Under the pieces are notes generated by a model. It saw only the letters and a list, made by a program, of their open reading frames with translations. It was not told the DNA's origin and searched no databases. The position numbers were made by a program, and so were the translations under genes. A stretch of 64,000 nt of DNA from the human T2T-CHM13v2.0 reference genome, Homo sapiens: the NCBI RefSeq assembly GCF_009914755.1, contig NC_060931.1, one strand, 5' to 3'. Of the stretch, positions 1-16,076 are shown one piece after another. How positions within the stretch are numbered: position 1 is the stretch's first letter; each line of letters starts with the position of its first letter.

Positions 1-239
1 TGCCCCGAACAGTGCAGGAGGAACCCAATGAACGTTTTTTAAAAATGAATGAATGAATGACGGAAGGAAGGAAACGGAAAGCATGCTTATGATGGAAAGT
101 GAGGCCAAGCGCGTTGGCTCACTCCTGTAATCCCAGCACTTTGGGAGGCCGAGGCAGGAGGATCCATCGCTTGAGCCCAAGAATTCGAGACCAGCCTGGG
201 TAACATGGTGAGACCCCATTTCTACAAAAAACATTTTTA

Positions 240-449
<210 letters not shown>

Positions 450-479
450 TCAGAGAAAGACAATGAAACCAGAGCCACT

Positions 480-1150
480 GCAAGCCCTGACGGCCTGAAA
501 CCTAGGAGCCAGCTGAGTCCCTTCCACTCGCCCGCGCTGAGTTAACCCAGAGGCGGGTGCGGGTGTCGGAGCCCGCGCCGGGACGCACCGGCCGCACCAG
601 CCTCCCCAGCACCGCGGACCCCAGGGCCGCCGCCCGGTCGCGCCGCGCCGGGCCTCCGCGCACCCACGTGGAGGGGGCGGAGCCCCGCGGGAGCCCGCCC
701 CGGGGCTCTGGGTCTCCTGGCGCCCTGACCCGCCGGCCACCCCGCCGCCGCCCCACGCGCCTACCTGCGCCCACCTAAGCGTGAACAGCTGCGTCGCGGA
801 CGCCGCCTTCCGGCAGGGACCCGCGCCCCAGGTAAGCGTTAGTCCCGCCTTCAGGAGTGCGGAGCCTCCCATTGGACGAGGTCTGCGTCCGTCTCTCCGC
901 CGGCTAATGGCAAGCGGCGGCAGCACGGGGGGCGGTTCCAGGACCGGGCGCGGGCTACTGACGCCATCTCTAGAGGCCTAGAGTTGCTTGGAGAGGAGCT
1001 GGTTGCCAAGGCAACCCGCCCTGCCCAGAACAAGTGCAGATGACTAGGTTTGGGCCCCGCAGGGCTTGGGGGTCTGGGGTGCAAGCTGCCCCGGCCGGGC
1101 TGGCGTCCCGGGGTGGGGCCTCCGCCGAGGGTCCAGGGTATGGAGCTCGG
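480..1150. promoter_or_regulatory. C7orf50: CpG-island promoter, probably C7orf50 (CHLSN) transcribed leftwards
   Basis: Dense CpG; ETS CCGGAAG (minus, ~807-813); CCAAT (attgg 871-875); YY1-like GCCATCT ~963; gene name from recalled synteny with ZFAND2A. Confidence 0.7.
765..830 (-). other. C7orf50: Probable non-coding exon 1 of C7orf50/CHLSN (5' end approximate)
   Basis: Minus-strand donors CAG|GTAGGC (765/764) and TAG|GTGGGC (775/774). Confidence 0.5.
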
Positions 1151-1269
1151 CTCGGAGTCGAAATGGATGAGCTACGGCTATTGGGATCAACAGGGCTAGG
1201 ACTTAAACTTCGTGCTGAATTTAAAAAATCAGGATAGGTGCTAAAAAATACACAGGGTGGGTAGTGTTA

Positions 1270-1818
<549 letters not shown>

Positions 1819-1897
1819 TCAAGTATGATGTACGTTGCCTCAGGAATCCAAAGGTGACAAGCAAAGAAGGTGCACTCTTCCTTACTGGTAGAAGATT

Positions 1898-2372
1898 GTA
1901 TTTGGTTCCTTTTTCTGCATAACAAATTAACCCAACATTTAGCAGCCTAAAAGAACATTTATTTTTTCATGGTATCCGCGGTCAGGAAAGTGGGCGTGGC
2001 TAAGCTCTGTGCCTTTGCCTCAAGGGTTCACCAAGTTGTGGTCAAGGTGTCCCCCCAGGGTTGTGGTTTCATCGGAAAGCTTATCTGGAATGATCCACTC
2101 CCAAGCTCACACACACGGATATTGTAAGGACTCAGTCCTCCAAGGTCATTAGAGAAGGGCCTCAGCCTTGCTGGCTGCTGCCCAAAGGCCACCCTCAGTT
2201 CCTTGGTACATGGGCCTTACCACAAGGAAGCTCACAACACTGCAGCTGGCTTGCCTTAGACGGTGCAAGCACACACAAGAGGAGGCACACACAAGACGCA
2301 CATCACAGTCTCCTTGCACCCTAATCTCAGAAGTGACTTCCCTAGGCTTTTGCCATATTCTGTTCATTAGAA
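1898..2372. mobile_element. Old MLT1-type MaLR LTR
   Basis: Resemblance to MLT1 consensus (gcataacaaatta...cagaagtgac...ttgccatattctgttcattagaag). Confidence 0.55.
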
Positions 2373-2804
2373 GTCGGCCGGGTGCGGTGGCTCACACCTG
2401 TAATCCCAGCACTTTGGGAGGCTGAGGTGGATGGATCACTTGAAGTCAGGAGTTCAACACCAGCCTGGCCAACGTGGCAAAACTCCATCTCTACTAAAAA
2501 TACAAAAATTAGCCAGGCATGGTGGCATGTACCTATAATCCCAGCTACTCAGGAGGCTGAGGCATCAGAACCTATTGAACCCGGGAGGCAGAGGTTGCAA
2601 TGAGCTGAGACCGCGCCACTGCACTCCAGCCTGGGCGACAGAGCAAGACTCCAGCTCAAAAAAAAAAAAAAAAAAAAAGTGAATCATGGCCAGGTGCAGT
2701 GACTCAGGCCTGTAATCCCAGCTCTTTGGGAGGCTGAGTCAGGAGGATGGATGGACACCAGGAGTTCAAGACCAGCCTGGGCAAACAGTAAGACCTCATG
2801 TCTA

Positions 2805-2987
<183 letters not shown>

Positions 2988-3007
2988 TCATTTTTATTTT
3001 TGGAAAT

Positions 3008-3367
3008 TGATATGGTTTGGCTGTGTCCCCACCCAAATCTCATCTTGAATTGTATCTCCCATAATTCCCATGCATTGTGGGAGGGACCTGGTGGGACATA
3101 ATTGAATCATGGGGGCAGTTTCCCCCATACTGTTCTCTTGGTAGTGAGTAAGTCTCATGAGATCTGATGGTTTGATAAGGGGAAACCCCTTTTGCTTGGT
3201 TCTCATTTTCTCTCATCTGTTGCCATGTAAGATGTGCCTTTTGCCTTCCGCCAAGACTGAGAGGCCTCCCCAGCCATGTGGAACTGTGAGTCCATTCAAC
3301 TTCTTTTTATTTATAAATTACCAGTCTCAGGTATGTCTGAATAGCAGTGTGAATACTGACTAATACA
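3008..3367 (+). mobile_element. THE1-family (ERVL-MaLR) solo LTR
   Basis: TGATATGGTTTGGCTGTGTCCCCACCCAAATCTC...GACTAATACA with a perfect 5-bp TSD GAAAT. Confidence 0.92.
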
Positions 3368-4072
3368 GAAATGCTGAAAGGACTTGGATGCAATGACATC
3401 CCAGTGGCACTGAGCACTCCTGGCACCCAGAACACTGCTCCTAAATACCATCCCCCATGAATACGGACCAGGGCTCCTGGGAGAAATGGCTGATCCCAGG
3501 GCTGTGGCAGGGAGAGCTCAAGATGGGCCTTGAATAGGTAAATCTGAACATCCTTTACAAGATAGCCTTGTAAGGCTCTCTGGGGTCATCTTCACACATT
3601 CTCAGGCGATACCCTTGTCAGGCTATCTAGGGTCATCCTCACATACTCTCACGTCATGTCTGGCACCCGTCTTTCTTGGTTGTTGAGTCTTCCAAGAACA
3701 AGGACTGTCTTTCCATTGATTTGCATCTACTATTGTACCTTTCATGAAACACACATTTTTCTCTTTTCTTCCCAAAATAATACTTCATGAAACATGTTTT
3801 AAAGTTTTATCCAATATAGGTCTTACGTATGTCCTAAGTTTATTCCTATGTGTTTTATCTTTATTACCATTGTAAATGGAGTTTTCCTCTTCCATTACAT
3901 CTTCTGATTATTGTTTGTGTGAATGAAGGTTTTTGATCCTGTGTGTTGGTTTTATATCCTATTATCTTAACTAGGTTCTTTTATTGTTTGAGGAGGTATG
4001 CAAGTTTTATAATATTAAGGAGTTATATCACTCATTTCCTACTTTATTGAACACTAAATCATTGACACCTGA

Positions 4073-4396
<324 letters not shown>

Positions 4397-5085
4397 TGAA
4401 CCACAGCTGATCAACCCAACTGTTGCAAAATACTCTTAACCATCTCCCAAGGATCTCTGGCCCTCAAATTGGATTAAGTTGGCTTTTCTCGTTTACAGCA
4501 AAGCTTAAAGTGATACCATTTTCTCCACGGTATCTTTCTTCCTACAAACTTCATCTCACACCTTGGATGCTTGTTGTCTGTTTATGCTAGATTCAGTATC
4601 TGATGCATCTGGTGTTGCAGAACACTGCATGTGCAGCACTCAGTTCAGCTGTATTCTTGGTAGGCCGTGGAAGGCCAAGACTGGTTGGGTTTCTGACACC
4701 TGAACAAGTTTAGGAATCACTGCTTCAGACAGAACTTCCAAGATTTACCACCAAGAGACCCAGCTGTGTAGCACGATGGAAGATAGGCTTGGCTCCCGCA
4801 GAACAGGGAATCAGAGGCTGCGAGTGATGGACAAAGCGTGGGTGCCACAGAAGTCCTGGGGAAATGGGCGAACACCCAGCCAAACGACTGGCCCAAATCA
4901 CCCCTGCAAACGATCACACTGCTCAGCACTGTGTGCGCTGACCCCGGCTTGTTGAACAGCCGATTTTATCTAGAATCTCATCAACTTTTTACCCAATTGC
5001 CATAGAAACAGTAACCTTTCTAATTGCCCTCATTCTCCAGGGACTGTTTAAATGAAACCAGAAGAGGGAAACGCTGGTCCTCTGA

Positions 5086-5482
<397 letters not shown>

Positions 5483-6236
5483 TGAGCCACTGCGCCCGGC
5501 CAAAAAAGGCCATTTTAAAAGGCATTTCTTGCAGCATCGATTGCAAGAAAATCTTAGCTTTTAATGTGTTCTAAGATGATGTCATAATGTAGCTCAGGAG
5601 TGGGTGCAGCCTCAACACTGCATGTCAGCAGAGCCTCCCCATCCCGATGTCGGAACAATGTGAGGTAGAAATCAAAGAACAACATCCTCAAACAAAAGAA
5701 ATGAAAAACAGGGCCGGGCACTCACACCTGTAATCCCAGCACTTTGGGAGGCTGAGGTGGGAGGATCACTTGAACCCAGGAGTTAGAGACCAGCCTGGGC
5801 AACATAGCAAGATCCCACCTCTACAAAAAAAATTAAAAATTACCAGGGCATCGTGGCATGCACCTGTGGTCCCAGCTACTTGGGAGGCTGAGGTGAGAGG
5901 ATCCCTTGAGCCCAGGAGGTCAGGGCTGCAGTGAGCTGTGATGACGCCACTGCCCTCCAGCCTGGGCAACAGAGCAAGACTGTCTCTAAATAAGACAAAC
6001 AAATTGAAAAACAGCAAAAAATCTCTCTAACAGCATTCAACTAATATCTCGGCCTAAATACTCTCCTCTTTCCTTTATTCACCTTGTATAATAAACTGTG
6101 ATTATAAGTTTTTAATATCATTTCAGCAAAATGAAGTAAATCAACATTTATCTGCAAAAACTTCATATGCATCCACGCAGAAAAGTCAGACTAGTTTCTC
6201 TGTCACCGGGTTCCCCAGAACACAATGATCCTCTCA

Positions 6237-6561
<325 letters not shown>

Positions 6562-7382
6562 TTACAATACTGAGCGGATGTCAAAGATCCTCATTCTTAA
6601 GCTCAGCATTTGGAAAACTACAGCAATTTCAGCCGCTGACCTATTTTAGGAACTCATCTCTGAGCTGATCATTCAAGTGCAGTCTTAGGCTTACTGCAAA
6701 GAATACATCTGGAAGGTTAATGAAGAGTACATTAAAAAATATCCCCGATCCCTTTTAACTTTGTTAACCTGGAGAAACTGAGTTAGGATTGATGGGCTGG
6801 TTATATCCGTCCTTCCTGTGACGCTGGACCTAATTTCTCACCAGGAATACCGGACGCTGTCAACCCTCACTCTGACTTAAAAGGCCTTTTGGGGACATCT
6901 TGTGAAAATGTTTTGATACTGCAGCCCGTACACCAGAAAGGGAAGTAGCAGCCAGGCTCCCAGGCTCCTGTCCAAGATGCCAGGCACCAGGGGTGACGGC
7001 ACGGCCCTGGGCCCTGCACAGATAAAACAGTGATGCCAGCCAAAGCCCAACTCAGGCAAAGGAGAGCCCCCGAGGCAGGGGGCGAGGACACTTCCCGAGA
7101 CGCGCTTCCCCTGCTGTAGGCAGGTGGGGTGACGCGAGATGCCAGGCGCGGGACTGTGAGCCTGTCCAACCCAGCCAGAGAAAACGTTCAGCATCTGCAA
7201 ACATCTGCTCCCGCGGCCGCACCAGCCCAGGTCCAAATCTGCTTTTGAAAAGGCAGAGCCTCGGCCGGGCGCAGTCGCTCACACCTGTATCCCAGCACTT
7301 TGGGAGGCTGAGGCGGGTGGACCACCTGAGGTCAGCAGTTCGAGACCAACCTGACCAACATGGCAAAACCCCGTCTCTACTA

Positions 7383-7748
<366 letters not shown>

Positions 7749-9514
7749 TCATGGTTCACTGCAGCCTTGAGGGCCTGGGCTCAAGCGATCCTCCCACCTC
7801 TGTCTCCCGAGTTGGTGGGACTCCAGGCACGCACCACCACACCTGGCTAATTTTTGTATTTTTTGTAGAGACAGGGTTTTGCCACGTGGCCCAGGCTGGT
7901 CTTGAACTTCTGGGTTCAAGTGATCCACCCGCCTTGGCCCCCCCAAAGTTTTGGTCTTACAGGCCTGAGCCACCACACCTGGCCTCACTCTTAAGTTTTA
8001 TACTTCAATACTCCGTCAAATCGAAGACAGAAAACGCAATGCATGAACCAGGCGCCGCCTCTCCCCGCTGAGAAAATGTGCCAGGGCTGTTTGGCCTTTG
8101 GTGGGAGAGCTAGACAACGCCATCTAACAGGGACAGCACCGAGCTGACCACCCAGTTTCAAAATTTTGAGCAGTCACAGTAAAACCCAAGTGAAATTCAT
8201 TTTAATGTTTTATTAACCTAGCATATTCAAAATATTATTTCAACATGTAAATATTTTTTTACTCTTCAGGCCTTGGTTTTATTTGCATTTCTAGAAATAT
8301 ACACACACTTCTAACTCTGTGCTACAAAAATTATACAGCAGTCCCCGTTTATCCTCTGGGGATCTGTTCCAAGCCTCCCAGTGGGTGCCTGGACCCCACT
8401 CTACAATAAAGGCAACATGTAAACAATACCTTTAACAGTGAGATATAGATAGATAGATAATTTGGTATTATGTTCAAAGCCCAGTGTGTTTTGGATACTT
8501 TTTTTTTTTTGAGACAGAGTCTCACTCCGTGGGCCAGGCTGGAGTGCAACAGCACAATCTGGGCTCACTGCAACCTCTCCCTCCTGGGTTCAAGTGATTC
8601 TCCTGATTCCTGAGTAGCTGGGATTACAGGCACCTGCCACCATGCCTGGCTAATTTTTGTATTTTTAGTACAGACAGGGTTCACCATGTTGGCCACGCTG
8701 GTCTCGAACCCTGACCTTGTGATCCACCCGCCTCAGCCTCCCAAAGTGCTGGGATTACAGGCGTGAACCATTGCGCCTGGCCTTGTTTTGTTTTTTTTGT
8801 TTTTTTTTTTTTTTAATGAGACAGTCTTGCTCTCTGTGACCCAGGCTGGAGTGCAGTGGTGTGATCACAGCTCACTGCAGCCTTGACGTCTCCTGAGTAA
8901 CTGGGACCACATGCATGCACCATCTGTCTGGCTATTTATTTTTTTTGAGAGACAACGTCTTACTACATTGCCCAGTCCTATCTCAAACATCTGGGCTCAA
9001 GCAATCCGCCCACATCAGCCTCCCAAGGTACTGCGATTACGGGCATAAGCCACTGGGCCCGGCTGGATACATCTCAGTTTGGACATTAAATTATCAGAAC
9101 TTTGTTTCTCAAGACTTTAAAAATTAAAAACATTTTTTCATTAGAACACCTGATCTGCAGATTCACAGTTCACACACCCAGGTTCCTAACGTACCTGTTT
9201 TCCACTGACTGAACCAAGTTAGTGGTTTTTAAACTTAACCACACCGAACACTGTGCTGGCTGCGTTTTCCTTGCTCCACAGCACACGAGGCCAGAGGTGC
9301 TGCAGACGCAGGGAAGTGGCTTGTCCAAGTGCAGTCCCAGACCAGACGTGTCACCCGGGCAGCTCCAGGTGTAAACCTGAGTCCACCTCAGACCACAGAA
9401 CCAGGGCCTCGGGGTGGGGTCCAGCACCCTCCCGTAAGGAGCCCTGTGTTTTGACACAGGCTAGGGCTTGGGAACCGCCGGCCTAGGACAGACACCATGA
9501 AATAAGCATAGCAA

Positions 9515-10215
<701 letters not shown>

Positions 10216-10803
10216 GGTCTGACCACCTTTTTGCAGAACGCCAACAGAATACAAACCCTTCCCGTTACATTTTTAGATGGTGAAAGCAGAAAAAAAAAAG
10301 GCAGTGGCTTGTGTTTTTGTGAACTGTCTCAGCGGGACATCTGGTGGGCACAGCTGGATGGCCAGGGCAGTTCAGAACAGGACAGAACTTGGGGGAATTT
10401 TGTTTCACCTTATTCCCTGACACCCCCTAAGTTCCCAGGAAATCACTGCACTCTTGATGAGCAGAGCGGCTGTCAGTATAAATCTAACACCAGTATTTAC
10501 GTTACCCGTGTTCATCACTTCACAAAATCAGACGGTGGTGGAAAGTGTCAGGCCACGAAGGCCGCATCTGTCATCTGAGCCACAAAGGACTGTGCACCTC
10601 ACTACCCCCCTTCCCTCCCGTTTTGGCTTTCTGCTCTTCAAACCTATAAAACCCAGTCTCCTGTAATCTCTGGCACTTGTGGAAGCCCTAGTTCCTGCCA
10701 TTGTAGTTTTAAGTCACTTCTGGAAGTTTCCACTGCTTCATCACTGGACAGAGCCATCTTCAACAGGTGGCATTTTGCAACTTTCTTGTTGGTGCTGAAA
10801 TAG

Positions 10804-10981
<178 letters not shown>

Positions 10982-11549
10982 TAGCTAGGATTACAAGCGT
11001 GTACCACCACCACACCTGGCTAATTTTTGTTTTAGTAGACATGGGGTTTCACCATGTTGACCAGGCTGGTCTCAAACTCCTGACCTCAGGTGATCCGCCT
11101 GCCTCCGCCTCCCAAAGTGCTGAGATTACAAGCGTGAGCCACTGCGCCTGGCTGAACTGTGCCTGTTTTAAGAAGTTGACCGTGGCAGGGACAAGTGGTC
11201 CAGGAAGACACACCTTCTCTCACACAGTGTCCCAGCCCCTTGGAGGTCAGGAACGGGCACGCAGCTGTGCCCTCAAACAATGCGAGTAGCACCTGTGGCC
11301 GCCGCTGGACAAGAACCCTCGGCCAGGCAGGTGGATGTCCTTCCCCCTTCTTGGCCAGATAGTCACATCGTTACAGAGGTGACATGGTGAAGAGCGCAAG
11401 TGAGCTGTCTGGTGTTTGCTGGTTTTGAACTCCTGACCTTAGGTGATCCACCCACCTTGCCCTCCCAAAGTGCTGAGATTACAGGTGTGAGCCACTACGC
11501 CCGGCCTAGTTTGTGTATTTCAGTGGGGAAGTTTCAAGGTTTCAGGCTA

Positions 11550-11717
<168 letters not shown>

Positions 11718-11723
11718 TCATCC

Positions 11724-11759
<36 letters not shown>

Positions 11760-12219
11760 CAAAGCCAGCCAGCATTGAAGCTGGGGATTCCCGTGAAGAT
11801 GGCCCGGAGGTGCTGCTGGGCCATTAGAAGTATGGGGAGTACCTGAAGGCGGAAGTTACCTAGAGTGGAAATAACCCACACGGCAGTGCAAACGGGAAGG
11901 ACCTCATCACTTTCCACCAAAAAGAACAAAGAACAGCTCTTTTCAGGTTTGTCTTGATGATGCAGGAATGTTGATCATGTCAGAGGATCTTGGAGGGCAG
12001 AAAAGGTGTTTCAGAAACCAGCTGTATGATGCTGCTACTGCCGAAAGGTTGTGCTGGAGCGAGCTGCTTCTGTAACTTGGGGTCCCAGTCCTGTGTCCTT
12101 CATCCATCCTGACGAAGTCGCACCACTGGAGCATCGCGTCACACTGTGCAGTTACACACAGCAACCTTTCCGTGTTCACCAACCAAGAGCTGCAGCACCC
12201 CACACAGACGAAATTGCGT

Positions 12220-12328
12220 TCACATGAGCCGGGTGAACCAGTACCCGAGTCGCTGGGCCAGCCCGCCAGGAGCCAGGGTGAGGAAATCTCCCAACGGCCT
12301 GGATTCAGAGACTGTCATGGGTGAGCAC
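12220..12328 (-). CDS. ZFAND2A: Candidate alternative terminal coding exon of ZFAND2A: (G)CSPMTVSESRPLGDFLTLAPGGLAQRLGYWFTRLM*
   Basis: Acceptor ccctctctgtag|G is phase-compatible with the donor GG|GTGAGA that overlaps the exon 5 stop; open to TGA at 12222-12220. Confidence 0.5.
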
Positions 12329-12504
12329 CTACAGAGAGGGTGGATGGATCAGCTCAGCCTCCATGTGCTGACCGCAAGAACCCACACAGCTTCCTGCAGG
12401 TAAGCAACTACCACTGGCCTGGCCCAGGGATGGACGCCAGACACCACCAGGTGCAACAGTTGAGGCAAATACAGATGCTTCTCGATTTGACAAACATTAG
12501 CATT

Positions 12505-12880
12505 ACGAGTTGAATCATGTCCCCACAAGACATGCTGGAGCCCTAGACTCGGGACCTCAGAGTGTGACCTTCTGTGGACACAGGGTCTTTTCAGAGGTCA
12601 CGACTGTGGGATCACATGACCAGCATCCTTACAAAAAGGGGAAGTCGGGACACACACAGAATGCCATGTGAAGATGAAGGTGGAGACGGGGGTTGTGCAT
12701 TGACGAGCCCCGAGATGCTGGGGAGACGCAGCCGATGCTCCCCGCAGCCCTCAGAAGGGGCTGGCCCTGCCGACATCCTGCGCCTGGACCTCCAGCCCCC
12801 AGAACTGTGAAAGAACCGATTTCTATGGTTTGAGCCACCCAGTTTTTAGTACTTGGTGACGGCAGCAGTGGGCAATGAGA
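12505..12880 (+). mobile_element. MLT1-type LTR just past the ZFAND2A poly(A) site
   Basis: MLT1 hallmarks (tgaatcatgtcccc, gccatgtgaagatgaag, cagcccccagaactgtga...tttgagccacccagttt). Confidence 0.7.
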
Positions 12881-12908
12881 ACAACTAGAATCAACTTCAG
12901 CATTCAAT

Positions 12909-12914
12909 TTTATT
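12909..12914 (-). terminator. ZFAND2A: Polyadenylation signal AATAAA of ZFAND2A
   Basis: tttatt on + strand, ~140 nt after the stop codon. Confidence 0.85.
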
Positions 12915-13052
12915 ATAGTCCCATCTCCCTCAACAAACAAGATCAGCAGCCAGTGTGGGATGGTGCTCAATGGGGCTCCACTTCCCACTAGAGTGTAAGC
13001 TGCTTCCACGCATGCTACTGCGTGCTCCGAGCCATCGCAGCGGAGTCTCTTC

Positions 13053-13208
13053 TCACCCAGCTTTGATGGTGGGGCGACTCCCGTGTCTGCAGCTGTGGTC
13101 CAAAGGGTGTCTGTGCTGGATACAGAAGTTGCCGTGACATTGGGCACATACCATCTGCAGCATCTCTTTCTTCTTGCAGCCCTCTTTTGAGCAACGGTAT
13201 GTAAAAAT
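13053..13208 (-). CDS. ZFAND2A: ZFAND2A exon 5, [53 protein letters not shown]1 finger 2; total protein 145 aa
   Basis: Acceptor tttgctctcttag; TGA at 13055-13053; AN1 motif. Confidence 0.96.
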   Translation of the reverse strand: MFTYRCSKEGCKKKEMLQMVCAQCHGNFCIQHRHPLDHSCRHGSRPTIKAG

Positions 13209-14900
13209 CTAAGAGAGCAAAGTGACTTCAACAAGCAATTCTTTTTTTGGAGACAGGGTCTCGCTCTGTTGCCCAGGCTGGAGTGCAGTGGCTTGATCTT
13301 GGCTCACTGCAACCTCTGCCTCCTGGACTCAAGTGATTCTCCTGCTTCAGCCTAGTACCTGGTACTACAGGCACACACCGCCACGTCCAGCTAATTTTGT
13401 CTATTTTCACAGAGATGGGGTCTTGCCATGCTGCCCAGGCTGGTCTCAAACTCAGCCTCAGGTGATCCTCCCGCCTTGGCCTCCCAAAGTGCTAAGATTA
13501 CCTGTGTGAGCCACTGTGCTGGCCTTAAATTCTTTAACAGCCTCCGGTAAGAACATTCCCATTTAAACTGGACACAGTTCCTGTCTGCACAGAGTACAGA
13601 TGCAAAGTTTCATTTGACCATCTCAGTGCAGGTAAGAAGAACATGGGGCTGGACCCAGTGGCTCATGCCTGTCATCCCAGCACTTTGGGAAGCCAAGATG
13701 GGTGGATTGCCTGAGCTCAGGAGTTTGAGACAAGCTTGGGCAACATGGTGAAACCCCATCTCCACTAAAATATAAAAGATTAGCCAGGCATGGTGGCGTG
13801 GTGCCTGTAATCCCAGCTACTTGGGAGGCTGAGGCAGGAGAATTGCTAGAGGAGGCAGAGGCGGCAGTGAGCTGAGATTGTGCCACTGCACTCCAGCCTG
13901 GGCGACAGAGCAAGAGTTCGTCCCTTTAAAAAGAAAGAAAAAAAAAAGCCGGTCAGCATTGAAGCTGGGGATTCCCGTGAAGATGGCCCGGAGGTGCTGC
14001 TGGGAGGACAACAGAGAGAGGCAGCCAGGAAGCAGGGAGCGGGAGGGAAGGAGGCCAAGCACAGATGACAGGCAAGCCCCACAGAGGCACTGGCTCCAGG
14101 AGCCCTGGGACAGTGGAGGTTGTCCCCATCAAGGGAATATCTATCATGTCCCAGTACCCACCGGTCATTTTTTTTTTTTTTTTTTTTGGTGCCAGGATGT
14201 AGGCAGCGATATAAAGTCCTAGGAGTCAGAACTCCAAGAGGGGAAGGCAGTGAGGAGAGTGGGGAGGGTTCCAGCAGCCGGGGGTGGCCCTCCGGCCAAG
14301 GCAGGCAGGCATGGCCATGCTGAGCGACCATGCAGGAGGGACCCGTGCAGGGATGCAGGCAGAACACAGGGCGTGCCCACCAAAAGGACAGGAGCACAGC
14401 GGGCCAGGAGCAGCCGGGAGGGCATTCCTGTGTGGGGGCCTTGGGGCAGTGCTGGGTGAGCCCCCAGCAAGGGAAGCTGTGTCATGTGGAAGAAGCGGGT
14501 GTGCCAGAGAGCTGTGATGTCTCAGAGGCTTAAGAGACCTCCAGAGGCTGAGGGTCCCAGGGCACAGCCACAGCAGGGAGAGCTAGACAGGGCCAGAAAG
14601 TGGGGACCAGAGCAAGCTTCCGCACAGAGAATTTTGTGTGGCAGACTAAGGAACACTGATTTTATTCTCTATGTTTGAGACCAAAAGTTATTTGGTTTAT
14701 GGTAATATAACTGTAAAGTATTGAACATCATATACTAAGATAGTTGGTAACCACCAACCAGGACCCATGACTAGGAACGGATTAAGCCTGACAGCAGCCA
14801 GTTCACTAGAGAAGCTCCTTGAGCTGGGCGTGGTGGCTCACACCTATAATCTCAGCACTTTGGGAGGCTGAGGCGGGCAGATCATAAGGTGAGGAGTTCA

Positions 14901-15104
<204 letters not shown>

Positions 15105-15436
15105 TCAAAACAAACAAACAAACAAACAAACAAATGAAACGCACATGAACAGAATGGATCTAGAAAGCCATGTGAATTCTCCATCTCAGGAGGGAAACTA
15201 GTAAATTCCAGTCAAGAAAGACGAACCTGACCTGGGATCCCTCATATTAAAGAACATTTATAAAACTGAAAACTCAGGCCCCTCGCAGTTTAGGACAGGG
15301 ATAACGCAGCGTTAGGACTCTTCTTTTCTACTTTGTACATAAACTATTGGGAGTAATTTTCAGGTAGCAAACTGACTCTTCCCAAGGAAAAACCAGGCTT
15401 CCCAGATGAAGGAACTGAGGCGGGCTCTGTCCTTAC

Positions 15437-15568
15437 CTTCTCTTTCTTCTTCCCAGGGTGAGAGTCACAGTCTCTGTCAATGTGATCACCAACCACCACG
15501 TCTGGTATCTGGCCCTTTTTTACTGGGATGGGGGTATTACAGAGTGGGCATACTGGGACGTGAACATC
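15437..15568 (-). CDS. ZFAND2A: ZFAND2A exon 4, DVHVPVCPLCNTPIPVKKGQIPDVVVGDHIDRDCDSHPGKKKEK
   Basis: Acceptor tttttag, donor AAG|GTAAGG; 132 nt, phase 0; CPLC...H...C zinc motif. Confidence 0.97.
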
Positions 15569-16076
15569 CTAAAAATAACAAAGGTAAGATGGCATCTGAG
15601 ACTCATGCAACTTAAACTCACAGAAGTTTTAAACGAGTACTCCTGTGCGGCACACTTAAACACAAAGAGAGGACAAAAACCGGTCTCCCGAGCCCTCCGA
15701 GAACAAAGCATCACTGGGTCATGGATTAGCGGCAGCCATCTCTAGAATGTGGGCATCAGCTGCCCTGAGGAGTCTAGTGAAGTTTCAACGAATGGACTTC
15801 AGCCGACTGCAGAAACCAGCTGGGGCCATCTCAGGCTGGCACCGCCCAGGTGAGAACAGAGCCTGCCCAGACACCTCCACAGGGAGGAGATGGAGGGAAA
15901 CATGGACCACAAAGACCCTCCAGCTCCCCTCAGTCGCCAACGGCCTGATCCCTTTGCGGTTTCCCCAGTGGCTTCTACGTACACAGAGAGTTGCTTGCGC
16001 CCAGATGAGGCCACGTGTACCTAGGGTGAGCTCCCAGGTACTAACGACCGTCACTGGCTGCAGGCCAAGGTTGTGA

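Noticed and set aside
12629-13234. 201-aa minus-strand ORF over exon 5
   Set aside because: Alternative frame across the true exon, 3' UTR and MLT1; non-ATG start; the AN1 frame is the real one
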